Below are positions 40,736 to 50,007 of a DNA stretch of 64,000 nucleotides, in pieces. Each line of letters starts with the position of its first letter. Position 1 is the stretch's first letter. The notes below the pieces were generated by a model. It searched no databases and was not told where the DNA came from. It worked only from the letters and a program-made list of their open reading frames with translations. The position numbers and the translations under genes were made by a program. The stretch lies in contig JBBSGT010000002.1 of NCBI GenBank assembly GCA_038253825.1, forward strand, positions 685 to 64,684, read 5' to 3'. The stretch is from Candidatus Levyibacteriota bacterium. Its GTDB lineage: Bacteria; Patescibacteriota; Microgenomatia; Levybacterales; UBA12049.

Positions 40736-41887
40736 TTATTTAGCACTTTCTTTAAAAAGAACTATGTATTTTTTATATTCATATGACTGACCATACTTTT
40801 CATCCTGATTTCTTGGTGTAAGAATATCCATTTCAATAAATCGGTCTATCACACGTTGCGCTCCTGCTCGAGTATATCCTGTCCATTTTATAATGGTGGC
40901 CACATTGACAATGGGTTGTACATATAATTTCGGTAAAATTATTGCGGCGTTTTCAGATGCTCGAGTTCCAAGCTTTTGTATTTTCTGCATATCGTTCTCG
41001 CGCAATACAGTAATTTTACCAACAATATCTATTGCTTCATTTGCAATTTCAATGACACCATCTAAAAAGAACTCTACCCATTCAGAAACGTTACCATTAT
41101 GATATCTATAGAGTTTTTCATAATAAATTTCTTGAAATTTTTTAAAATATGAAGACAAAAATAGAACAGGCTTTTCTAAAAACTCTTCTTTCCAAAGATA
41201 AAATGTTATTAGCATTCTCCCTGTCCTCCCATTACCATCAAGAAATGGGTGGATTGTTTCGAACTGTGCATGAATGAGTGCTGCTTTTATAAGTGTAAGT
41301 GTTGTTCCATTTTCATATATATACTTTTCAAGATCACTAAGAGCACTTTTCATCTCTTCAATAGGTGGTGGAACAAAACGCGCATTATCTGGTTTTGTTC
41401 CACCAATCCAGTCTTGACTTTTCCTGAATTCACCTGGGCCAGAAAAGTGTGTTGCTCTTGCTTGCTCCATTAATTTTTTATGTAGTTCTCTTATGAATCG
41501 AAGAGATACGGGGAAATTATTACTTGCAACTCTTGTCATGCCATAATCGAGTGCCTTTATATAATGGAGAATATCGTCTACGTCTTCAGGTAAATTTGTA
41601 TTAATATTTGCATCTGCTTCTATTGCATCAATCATCGTCGCTCGGGTCCCTTCAATCTGGCTTGATGAAGCTGCATCTTTTCTGAGATACATAAGTAGGA
41701 AAAAATCAGCGTCAGGTAAGAGTTTAGTTATACCATCTAGCTTTCCAAGCAGTCTTGATGCCTGTTCATTTTTTTTCAAAATCTTTGCATCAAAAAAGAA
41801 TCCTTCTTTAGGCGGGAAGGGTTCGGGAATAAAAGCTTTAAAGCCGCCTGGTTGTTCTTTATTTGCTCCTATTTTTATATTTTTCAT
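40736..41887 (-). CDS. Fic family protein (AMPylase/adenylyltransferase-like) with an N-terminal inhibitory helix.
   Basis: Fic motif HPFLDGNGRTGR and an upstream SxxxEG inhibitory motif (SSQIEG), i.e. class II Fic architecture. Confidence 0.85.
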   Translation of the reverse strand: MKNIKIGANKEQPGGFKAFIPEPFPPKEGFFFDAKILKKNEQASRLLGKLDGITKLLPDADFFLLMYLRKDAASSSQIEGTRATMIDAIEADANINTNLPEDVDDILHYIKALDYGMTRVASNNFPVSLRFIRELHKKLMEQARATHFSGPGEFRKSQDWIGGTKPDNARFVPPPIEEMKSALSDLEKYIYENGTTLTLIKAALIHAQFETIHPFLDGNGRTGRMLITFYLWKEEFLEKPVLFLSSYFKKFQEIYYEKLYRYHNGNVSEWVEFFLDGVIEIANEAIDIVGKITVLRENDMQKIQKLGTRASENAAIILPKLYVQPIVNVATIIKWTGYTRAGAQRVIDRFIEMDILTPRNQDEKYGQSYEYKKYIVLFKESAK

Positions 41888-41927
41888 AGTTTATATCCTT
41901 TCAATAATGCATACAAAGTATATAGTT

Positions 41928-41958
41928 TTGTATCTATTAAGTCAATTGATAGATACAA
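41928..41958. promoter_or_regulatory. Perfect 10-bp inverted repeat (TTGTATCTAT-N11-ATAGATACAA) upstream of fic.
   Basis: The two arms are exact reverse complements; the repeat lies 40-70 nt upstream of the Fic start codon and is operator-like. Confidence 0.4.
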
Positions 41959-42392
41959 ACTTGCAAAACGTGAAAAGTAGTTTTATATTCGGTGGACTGA
42001 TACTTATGGAGGAGCTTGTGATTCACAAGGTACCGGAACTATATGTTTAGGGTACAACACAGTAAATGTCTGTCGTCAATATAATGTAAAAGGAAAGGAC
42101 GCTGAAACGTGGTCGATTAATGAAGAATTAAACAAAAACACACATATTGGACTATTCATAAATGCGGTTGCAAATAATCCTGCCAGTATAAACAGGCAAA
42201 CTATTTTATCAATGATTTCCTCTTTTAAGTTTCTCAGTCAAATACCTAAAAAGTAATTGTTTTATATAAAATGGTATATAAAAAGTTACACTGTTTCTTA
42301 AGGCTCTAGCCAATCAAAAATTCTAAAATCTTCTTTGATGTCCTGCAAAATAAGTAAATTCAAATAAAATTGAGCTCAAACCTGTCAACTTG

Positions 42393-42466
42393 TCGGGGAC
42401 AGAGGACTCGAACCTCCGACCTCACGGTCCCAAACCGCGCGCTCTAGCCAACTGAGCTAGTCCCCG
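42393..42466 (-). tRNA. tRNA-Pro (anticodon TGG).
   Basis: Reverse-complement cloverleaf: acceptor CGGGGAC/GTCCCCG, D-arm GCTCAGTTGGCTAGAGC, anticodon loop TTTGGGA, T-loop TTCGAGT; no encoded CCA. Confidence 0.85.
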
Positions 42467-42516
42467 TTATCGTTGAATTATAACATTTTCGTAAATCTTT
42501 GGCAAAAGCTGAAAAG

Positions 42517-43248
42517 CTACCTATTAGGTCCTACAAATAATTTTCGATGATGTGTAACGCTTTTTACCCAGGTTTTTAATCGCCAAACATGTTTTTTTGT
42601 GTTCTCAAGAAAAGCTCTAGTCGATATTCCTGCAATAAGATCTCGATCAAAGAGTATAATACCATACTGAGAGATATGTAACGCTAGATCGACATCTTCA
42701 TGTACTTTGTAACTATCATGACAAACATCGTTTTTTACTTTTTGCCATGCATGCTTTGTGATAACCATATTTGAACCAAATAATGTTTCATGACCGAGCA
42801 TGATTTTGCTTACTGCGAAGAAACCATAACGTGAAGTGATATCACTCGTTATTTTTCTTAGAGTGCTATCCTGAACAGCGTAAAAATATTGTGGGCCTGA
42901 GACTCCAACAATATCTTGGGCTCTGTTATCAAGTATTCTATGGACTTTCTCAACCCAGTCAATTGGTATACGAGTGTCTGCATCAATTCGTGCTAACAAG
43001 TCCCCCTTTGCAGCATTAAAACCAGCATCACGAGCTGGAATCATCCCTTGTTCGGTTTCATTTATAAGAGTAACGAATGGAAAAGTTTTGGCTATTTCTG
43101 CTGTTTTATCAGTAGAATTATTGTTGACGACAATGACTTCATCAGGGGGAAAGGTTTGTTGTTGTATTGCTTCCATGCATGATCCAATGTACTCCTCTTC
43201 ATTGTATGCAATGACGATAAGAGACAATGCGGGTATATAATGTCGCAT
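42517..43248 (-). CDS. Family 2 glycosyltransferase.
   Basis: [14 protein letters not shown] and DAD/DxD motifs. The track N-terminus (to 43329) runs through tRNA-Leu, so the start was moved to the Met at 43248 ([10 protein letters not shown]). Confidence 0.7.
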   Translation of the reverse strand: MRHYIPALSLIVIAYNEEEYIGSCMEAIQQQTFPPDEVIVVNNNSTDKTAEIAKTFPFVTLINETEQGMIPARDAGFNAAKGDLLARIDADTRIPIDWVEKVHRILDNRAQDIVGVSGPQYFYAVQDSTLRKITSDITSRYGFFAVSKIMLGHETLFGSNMVITKHAWQKVKNDVCHDSYKVHEDVDLALHISQYGIILFDRDLIAGISTRAFLENTKKHVWRLKTWVKSVTHHRKLFVGPNR

Positions 43249-43260
43249 GGTATACACGAG

Positions 43261-43343
43261 TGCCGCGAGCGAGAGTCGAACTCGCACGCCCTTGCGGACG
43301 GGGGCTCTTAAGGCCCCTGTGTCTGCCATTCCACCACCGCGGC
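43261..43343 (-). tRNA. tRNA-Leu (anticodon TAA), type II with a long variable arm.
   Basis: Reverse complement GCCGCGGTGGTGGAATGGCAGACACAGGGGCCTTAAGAGCCCC..., with anticodon loop CTTAAGA, a long variable arm and T-arm GCGAGTTCGACTCTCGC. Confidence 0.85.
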
Positions 43344-43408
43344 AAAGTGCTATGCTATTTTAACTCAAACGCATGTGATTATTCAAGCCACAAGCAGTAT
43401 TTGATCTA

Positions 43409-43912
43409 TTATTTACTTATTGATTGAGAATTTCTATATTTAATTACTTTAGCAGGGACGCCCCCGACTATCGCATAAGGAGGAACGTTTTTAGTGACTA
43501 CCGCTCCGGCTCCTATTATGGCACCTTTACCTATTGTTAAACCGGGTAAAATAACTGCTTTTGTTCCTATCCAGACATCGTCCTCAATGACAACTTTCTT
43601 TTTTTTTGTAGACTGATGATATATCGGTATTTTTAAATCTTCATGTTCATGTGTTTCGGAAGTTATAAAAACATAAGGGCCGACTAAAACATAATTACCT
43701 ATTTTTATTCCGCCGTTTCCTCCAAAGTCACAACTATGGTTAATGTAGACATGATTTCCTATTTCAATCTTTTTTGGATAATAGAAATGACAGTTATACT
43801 GAATAAAAACAGGGAATCCTATTTTCTTAAAGAGAGGTTTTAAAAAGAGTGATCGAATAAATCCAAAGGCAATATAAATTTTTATGTGAGGAAATATGAG
43901 ATAATTAAACAT
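43409..43912 (-). CDS. Hexapeptide-repeat (LbH) sugar O-acetyltransferase.
   Basis: Left-handed beta-helix hexapeptide repeats ([28 protein letters not shown]). Confidence 0.75.
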   Translation of the reverse strand: MFNYLIFPHIKIYIAFGFIRSLFLKPLFKKIGFPVFIQYNCHFYYPKKIEIGNHVYINHSCDFGGNGGIKIGNYVLVGPYVFITSETHEHEDLKIPIYHQSTKKKKVVIEDDVWIGTKAVILPGLTIGKGAIIGAGAVVTKNVPPYAIVGGVPAKVIKYRNSQSISK

Positions 43913-44251
43913 AATATTTATACTACCATATTAATCATAAATATAGGTTCATTCTTTACAGACCTTGCGCTTTACATAGATGTTTCTTATCTAAGGAAAC
44001 ATTTAGGTTTAGTATACTGCTAAATATATATCGTAGGGCGTATCCTAAACTTATAATGTATATAAGCTAATTAAGTTGAGGTTTACAAGTTTAAAGAACA
44101 TTAGCTTTTTCAGCGTAAGGAGATTATTACGTACGTCTTATTAAAATCGTGCCTAAATCTGATGGGAATACTTATGGCAGAGCTTGCTTACATATGCTAT
44201 AGTTTGTATGCTAAGTTCTCCTACTGAGCTTTAAAAATAAAATCTGTCCGA

Positions 44252-45841
44252 ATGACACAATCTAATTCACGCACGTCCAATAAAATTGTACCCTTTGACG
44301 ATGAAACAGAACGAAAACTAGGCAAAGGGTTCCACCATAAAGGCATTCAATATGTTCATCATTCTCGTCTGCATCCTCATCAAACTGCATTTTTTAGACT
44401 ATCAACATTTCAAAAATATTTTCTTCTCTTCCTTCTACTTCTAGCTGCATGTTGTTTGGCTCTCAATTGGCATTTATCCATTACTATCGCAGTAGCAGTA
44501 CTTATTTTTTTATATTTTGCCGATCTTCTTTTTAATCTATTCCTTATCTATCGAAGTTTTACGAAACGTCCTGAAATCAACGTGACAAACGAAGAACTTA
44601 ACGCAGTTGGTGACAATGAATGGCCTGTTTACACGATCCTCTGTCCACTTTATAAAGAATGGCAAGTTGTACCCCAATTCGCAAAAGCTTTAAGCAATAT
44701 GGATTACCCAAAAGATAAATTACAAGCGATTCTGTTGCTGGAAGAGGATGATCATGAAACGATCAAAAAAGTACAAGAACTGCATTTGCCTCCTTATTTT
44801 GAAACAGTTGTTGTCCCCGACTCAAAACCAAAAACAAAACCTAAAGCCAGCAATTATGGTTTGAAATTCGCCCGTGGAGAATATACTGTTATATATGATG
44901 CAGAAGATGTTCCTGATCCATTACAGTTAAAAAAAGCAATCATTGCTTTTAAAAAAGCAGGTTCGAAAGTTATCTGTATTCAAGCAAAACTGAATTTTTA
45001 TAACCCTCATCAAAATCTATTGACAAGGGTTTTTACAGCGGAATACTCGTTATGGTTTGATTTAGTCTTAACAGGATTGCAATCCATTCATGCGCCAATT
45101 CCTTTGGGCGGCACTTCCAATCATTTCCATACACAAGATCTACACAAGCTGAAAGGTTGGGATTCTTTCAACGTTACAGAGGATGCAGATCTTGGGATGC
45201 GCTTGGTCAAACACGGTTATCGTACCGCTGTTATTGAATCAATAACACTTGAAGAAGCGAATAGTAGCTTGAAAAATTGGTTTGGTCAGCGTTCTCGCTG
45301 GATTAAGGGCTATATTCAGACTTACTTCGTCCATATGCGTAATCCAAGTGAATTTATCAGAACCTGGAACGAGCCTCATTATATTACATTTCAGCTGGTA
45401 ATCGGTGGCAAAGTCATGTCTATGTTTATTAATCCAATGCTTTGGTTAATTACGATTTGTTATTTTGTCTTTCGAGCAAAAATAGGGAGTTTTATTGATT
45501 CATTCTTCCCAGCGCCTGTCCTTTATATGGGAGTTATTTCTTTATTACTTGGTAACTTTTTATACGCATACTATTATATGGTCGGATGTGTCAAACATGG
45601 CCATGATGAATTAGTGAAATATATCTTTCTCGTACCTTTTTATTGGCTTGCAATGAGTATTGCCGCATGGATAGCTGTTTATCGCTTTATTGTTGCTCCC
45701 CATTATTGGTCCAAAACTAAACACGGATTGCATCTGGACAACAAAAAATTTATAACACAGACAGAGGTTCTTCAAGATAAACAAACAAAAGTAATAAGAA
45801 GAGGATTTAAACAATCTACTTCGCGATCTGTAATAGCTTAA
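44252..45841 (+). CDS. Processive synthase-like GT2 (QxxRW); a close paralog of the C-terminal two-thirds of 15864..18080.
   Basis: YDAEDVPD and QRSRWIKGY. Long stretches are nearly identical to the 15864 protein (LNFYNPxQNxLTRVFTAEYSLWFDLVLTGLQSI...GGTSNHF). Confidence 0.8.
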   Translation: MTQSNSRTSNKIVPFDDETERKLGKGFHHKGIQYVHHSRLHPHQTAFFRLSTFQKYFLLFLLLLAACCLALNWHLSITIAVAVLIFLYFADLLFNLFLIYRSFTKRPEINVTNEELNAVGDNEWPVYTILCPLYKEWQVVPQFAKALSNMDYPKDKLQAILLLEEDDHETIKKVQELHLPPYFETVVVPDSKPKTKPKASNYGLKFARGEYTVIYDAEDVPDPLQLKKAIIAFKKAGSKVICIQAKLNFYNPHQNLLTRVFTAEYSLWFDLVLTGLQSIHAPIPLGGTSNHFHTQDLHKLKGWDSFNVTEDADLGMRLVKHGYRTAVIESITLEEANSSLKNWFGQRSRWIKGYIQTYFVHMRNPSEFIRTWNEPHYITFQLVIGGKVMSMFINPMLWLITICYFVFRAKIGSFIDSFFPAPVLYMGVISLLLGNFLYAYYYMVGCVKHGHDELVKYIFLVPFYWLAMSIAAWIAVYRFIVAPHYWSKTKHGLHLDNKKFITQTEVLQDKQTKVIRRGFKQSTSRSVIA

Positions 45842-45846
45842 GGAAT

Positions 45847-46767
45847 ATGAAAAAGAAGCAAAAAAGATTATCAGTATCAATTTGCATCCCAGCATATAAT
45901 GAAGGGAAAAATATCAAAAAGTTACTGCATGCTTTAAGTATGCAAGTAACAAAATATGTTGAAATAAAGAAGATTATTGTTGTGTGTTCGGGTTGTACAG
46001 ATAAAACAGAAAATTGTGTAAAAGCATTTGCTAAAGCCAATAAAAAAATCATTTTAATCACCGAAAAGCAACGAAACGGAAAAGCCTCTGCGATAAATCG
46101 TTTTCTTAAAATCGCACATGAAGAAATAGTTGTCATTGAAAGCGCAGATACTATTCCAGAGAAAGACACGATAGAAAAATTGTGTATACCATTTCTGAAA
46201 GATAAATCTATTGGGATGACAGGGGGCGCACCCATCCCAGTTAATGACCCGAACACATTTTTGGGTTACATTATTCACTCATGGTGGTGGTTTCATCGTA
46301 ACATTCCACGATTTGGAGAAATAATTGCCTATCGAAACATCCTCCCGCAAATCTCAATGAAGACAGCTGTTGATGAAGCATATATTCAGGCAAAACTTGT
46401 TAAGAAAGGTTATAAACCTGTTCACATCGATGAAGCAAGAGTCAAAAATAAAGGTCCGGAAACAGTTGCAGATCTTATCAAACAACGAAGAAGAATTTAT
46501 AATGGCCATGCGCGACTGCATGCCCAAGAGCATGTGAAGATTGATAACATGACTAAATCAAGCGTTTATTTGATTTTATACAAATATAAAATTCACAATA
46601 TCAAACAACTCTTTTGGCTTATTGGTGGCATAGGCTTAGAATTATACGCACGCTTCCTTGGCTTTTACGACACTGTCATAAAGCATAAAAATCCTTATAT
46701 CTGGGATACAGCCAAAACAACCAAACGTTTGGATATAGGTTTGAAAGGTGGTAAGGTTAAAAAATGA
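45847..46767 (+). CDS. Family 2 glycosyltransferase, DPM1-like; a paralog of 22726..23616.
   Basis: VSICIPAYNEGKNIKKLL and DxD context. Confidence 0.7.
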   Translation: MKKKQKRLSVSICIPAYNEGKNIKKLLHALSMQVTKYVEIKKIIVVCSGCTDKTENCVKAFAKANKKIILITEKQRNGKASAINRFLKIAHEEIVVIESADTIPEKDTIEKLCIPFLKDKSIGMTGGAPIPVNDPNTFLGYIIHSWWWFHRNIPRFGEIIAYRNILPQISMKTAVDEAYIQAKLVKKGYKPVHIDEARVKNKGPETVADLIKQRRRIYNGHARLHAQEHVKIDNMTKSSVYLILYKYKIHNIKQLFWLIGGIGLELYARFLGFYDTVIKHKNPYIWDTAKTTKRLDIGLKGGKVKK

Positions 46768-47882
46768 TACTATTCCTGAACTTCGCACCAATAAACTTTA
46801 TGGGCGGGTCTGAAAAATTGGTATTGGAATTAGCAAATGCTACTTCAAAAAAAGAAGATGTCGTTTTAATGGATGTATCAGCGAATATTGCAAATATTTA
46901 TGGTCGGATTTTTCTAAAAAGAACTTTTGATAATCATATAAAAGATCATAACATTGAAAATAACCTTAAACACATATCACTTACCTTCTCAAGTTTTATG
47001 CCATTTACAAAGGATTGGCATTTAATAAGAAATGATTTTCAATCTGCTCGACTTCTGTATGTTCGATACGAATTGCTCGAAATATTAATATGTTTGTATT
47101 TTGGAGGTTTACGTATTTTTGAAAAAATTATAGCAGGTTTAATACTTACACCATTTTACGATTCGCCTCGAGGATTATTAGATCACTTTCATAATTTATT
47201 TTATGGCTCCTTCATCTACAAATATTTGCTTAGGTCAGTTTGTAAAATTCAAGTTCTTAATAAAAGAGAAAAGAAATTGCTTAATGAATATTATAAGGTA
47301 AATAATGTCTATTTTTTACCTGTGGGCATTAATATAAATTCATTAAAAATGAGCAAATATATAAGAAAAGCAGATCAATTAAATATTATCTATGTTGGTG
47401 AACTTTCTACAAGAAAAGGAGTCGATACTCTTTTGGAAATAATAAGTAATTCACCAAAGCATTTTTTATTTCATATTGTAGGAGATGGACCATTAAAAGA
47501 AAGTATTGAAAATTTAGAAAAAGTTAATACCTGTTATTTTTATAAATATGTAAGTAGTGAGAAATTAAATTCTTTATTTAATAAATGTGATGTTTTAGTT
47601 TTTCCTTCTCGATCTGAAGCATTTGGAATAGTGATGGCTGAAGCAATGAGATACGGATTAAAGATAGTAAATTCTGCTGAAGTATCACTTGATTTGCCAA
47701 AAAATATTGAAACTTCTCTAAAAACCCGAGATAAGAATGAGTATATTAAAGCTCTTGAAAATATTTATAAACAAAAAAAACATCATTCTGATGAAAGGGA
47801 AATAATTCAAAAATATGCTATAGATAATTATTCGGATGAAAATATAAATAAAAGGTTCTTAACAAGTATTTTAGAAATATGA
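46764..47882 (+). CDS. GT4 (glycosyltransferase family 1) protein.
   Basis: EX7E motif SEAFGIVMAEAMRYG and a Rossmann-like C-terminal half. Confidence 0.7.
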   Translation: MILFLNFAPINFMGGSEKLVLELANATSKKEDVVLMDVSANIANIYGRIFLKRTFDNHIKDHNIENNLKHISLTFSSFMPFTKDWHLIRNDFQSARLLYVRYELLEILICLYFGGLRIFEKIIAGLILTPFYDSPRGLLDHFHNLFYGSFIYKYLLRSVCKIQVLNKREKKLLNEYYKVNNVYFLPVGININSLKMSKYIRKADQLNIIYVGELSTRKGVDTLLEIISNSPKHFLFHIVGDGPLKESIENLEKVNTCYFYKYVSSEKLNSLFNKCDVLVFPSRSEAFGIVMAEAMRYGLKIVNSAEVSLDLPKNIETSLKTRDKNEYIKALENIYKQKKHHSDEREIIQKYAIDNYSDENINKRFLTSILEI

Positions 47883-48400
47883 ATAAAAGAGTTAAACTGC
47901 ATTTCGGTTGTGGCAATAAATATCTTAAGGGTTTTATTAATTGTGATATTTCGAAGACAGTGAAAACTGATAAGATTTTTGATATGGATATTTCCCCATA
48001 CCCCTTTAAGGCAAATTTCGCGGATGAAATTTAAATGGATATGATTCTTGAACATATTGATAATGTTGTAGACGTAATGGAAGAGCTCTATCGGATCCTA
48101 AAAAATGATGAAATTGTTAGAATATACGCTCCCTATTCCAAAAGTGAATGGGATGTACAAGATCCGACCCATAAACATTTTTTTAATGAAAAAAGTATGG
48201 ATTATTTTATTGACGATTATAGATATAATTATTATACAAATATTAGGTTTAAGAAAATTCATGCTTATTTATATACAAGTGATGAAACGCTTTTGAGTAA
48301 GCTAAGAAACTTAATACCATTTAGAAATGTATTAACATATTTTCTTTTTAATATGTATGATGGAATCTATTTTGAGTTAAAGGCTATAAAAGATTTATGA
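47879..48400 (+). pseudogene. Class I SAM-dependent methyltransferase interrupted by an in-frame TAA at 48032-48034. It is either a split gene or a pseudogene.
   Basis: The N-terminal part (MNKRVKLHFGCGNKYLKGFINCDI..FADEI*) carries motif I. The downstream ORF (MDMILEHIDNVVDVMEELYRILKNDEIVRIYAP) carries the LEH and post-II motifs in the same frame. ATGA overlap with the upstream GT4 stop. Confidence 0.6.
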
Positions 48401-49980
48401 AACTCTTAACCAACATACTTATAAAACATCAGTATAAACTAATTTTATTATTTCTCTTCATTGTTAGTGCATTAGCAATTGAATATTTTTTTCTGTTGGG
48501 GCAACTCACTCTTTATGCTGACACTATGTCCCGCCTGGATATTGCTAGAAAAATCATTGATAATATAACACCAGGATTTGCTCAGGTCGGAAATGTTTGG
48601 CTACCGCTTCCTCAAATACTCATGCTACCTTTTATCTGGAATAGTTATCTATGGCATTCTGGCCTTGCTGGATCTTTCATGTCAATGTTTATGTTTATTA
48701 TTGGTGGCTATTTTGTCTATAAATCCGTATATCTCTTATCACAGTCGCCTTTGAGATCATTCTTATCCTTATTAATTTATTCTCTTAATATAAATTTATT
48801 ATATCTTCAGTCGACAGCGATGTCAGAAACAGCACTGATATGTACAATATCAGCCACGATATATTATTTTCTTGTTTGGACTAAAACCAAAAATAAAATG
48901 GACTTAATTCCTGCTGGGATCGCTGTCAGCTTGATGACGCTGACAAGATATGAAGGATTAGCTATTTTATTTGCTTCAATTCCAATGGTATTTATGATGG
49001 GGTTATTTATGTATAAGAACAGAATAAAATCAGAATCAGCGACTATTATCTATACTGTTTTAGCTATAACTGGGTTTTCTGCATGGACATTGTATTTAGC
49101 TTTAATTTTTGGTGATCCATTTTATTGGATTAATTATTATGCAACTCCCCAAGCGGTAGGTGAATCTCATATAAAATTATATACACAACATAAGTCATTT
49201 ACTGTTGCATCTATACAATATCTTACAGCAATGATTTGGACTATTGGATTGATTCCAATAATTATGTCTATTTTAGGTTCTGTCATACTTATTTATCAGT
49301 CATTTAAAAAGAAAACTCTCTATTTATTTCCTTTATTTCTTCCCCTTGCTATATTTTTGTTCATGGTGCTATCACTACAGCGAAATACACCTATAGGTCA
49401 ACCCGACCTAACAATAACAAACATTTTGTCTGGCAAAACAAGTCATATGGTGGGTTTTAATATCAGATATGGAATAATATTGATACCATGGGTTGCGGTA
49501 ATGTCTTCATTTTTATTCTCAATGAGAAATAGTATAGTAAAATTATTAATCTTTTCTGTTTTCTTTCTACAGATTTATTCATACTTTTTTCCAAAATATA
49601 CCGTGATCTATCAAATTCCCTTACAAATTCATGGTGGAAGAGAGCTTACTCCGTTTGGTGTTTGGTTGAGAAAAAATTATGATGGTGGCAAAATTTTGAT
49701 TAGTGCTATGGATCATGAAGATACAATGTTTGAAATGGGATTTAACTATAGTACATATATTCATGAAGGAAATCAACATTTTTGGAAGGATTCACTTAAA
49801 CATCCAGCTAGATACGCTTCATGGATAGTACTTGACTACGGAACCGGGATATCTAAGGATCCAAAAGTTAAATCACTGATGCATTCACCGGACTTAAAAA
49901 AAGATTATAAATTAGTTTATGTCGAGAATGGACTGCGTATATATAAGATTAAACATAAACCATATCTTGAAATTAAATGA
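48397..49980 (+). CDS. Family A membrane protein, paralog 3.
   Basis: Carries LYADTMSRLDIARKIIDNITPGFAQVGNVWLPLPQILMLPF. Confidence 0.65.
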   Translation: MKLLTNILIKHQYKLILLFLFIVSALAIEYFFLLGQLTLYADTMSRLDIARKIIDNITPGFAQVGNVWLPLPQILMLPFIWNSYLWHSGLAGSFMSMFMFIIGGYFVYKSVYLLSQSPLRSFLSLLIYSLNINLLYLQSTAMSETALICTISATIYYFLVWTKTKNKMDLIPAGIAVSLMTLTRYEGLAILFASIPMVFMMGLFMYKNRIKSESATIIYTVLAITGFSAWTLYLALIFGDPFYWINYYATPQAVGESHIKLYTQHKSFTVASIQYLTAMIWTIGLIPIIMSILGSVILIYQSFKKKTLYLFPLFLPLAIFLFMVLSLQRNTPIGQPDLTITNILSGKTSHMVGFNIRYGIILIPWVAVMSSFLFSMRNSIVKLLIFSVFFLQIYSYFFPKYTVIYQIPLQIHGGRELTPFGVWLRKNYDGGKILISAMDHEDTMFEMGFNYSTYIHEGNQHFWKDSLKHPARYASWIVLDYGTGISKDPKVKSLMHSPDLKKDYKLVYVENGLRIYKIKHKPYLEIK

Positions 49981-50007
49981 TGAGGAAAAATGTAATAACA
50001 AATTATT

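Noticed and set aside
40540-40746. 68-aa minus-strand ORF overlapping intergenic repeat copy B.
   Set aside because: It has no motif and overlaps a repeated non-coding element; it is likely spurious.
43249-43329. N-terminal extension of the GT2 ORF 42517..43329 ([14 protein letters not shown]...).
   Set aside because: The extension is the reverse-strand translation of tRNA-Leu (43261..43343). The real start is the internal Met at 43248, followed by the canonical GT2 N-terminus.
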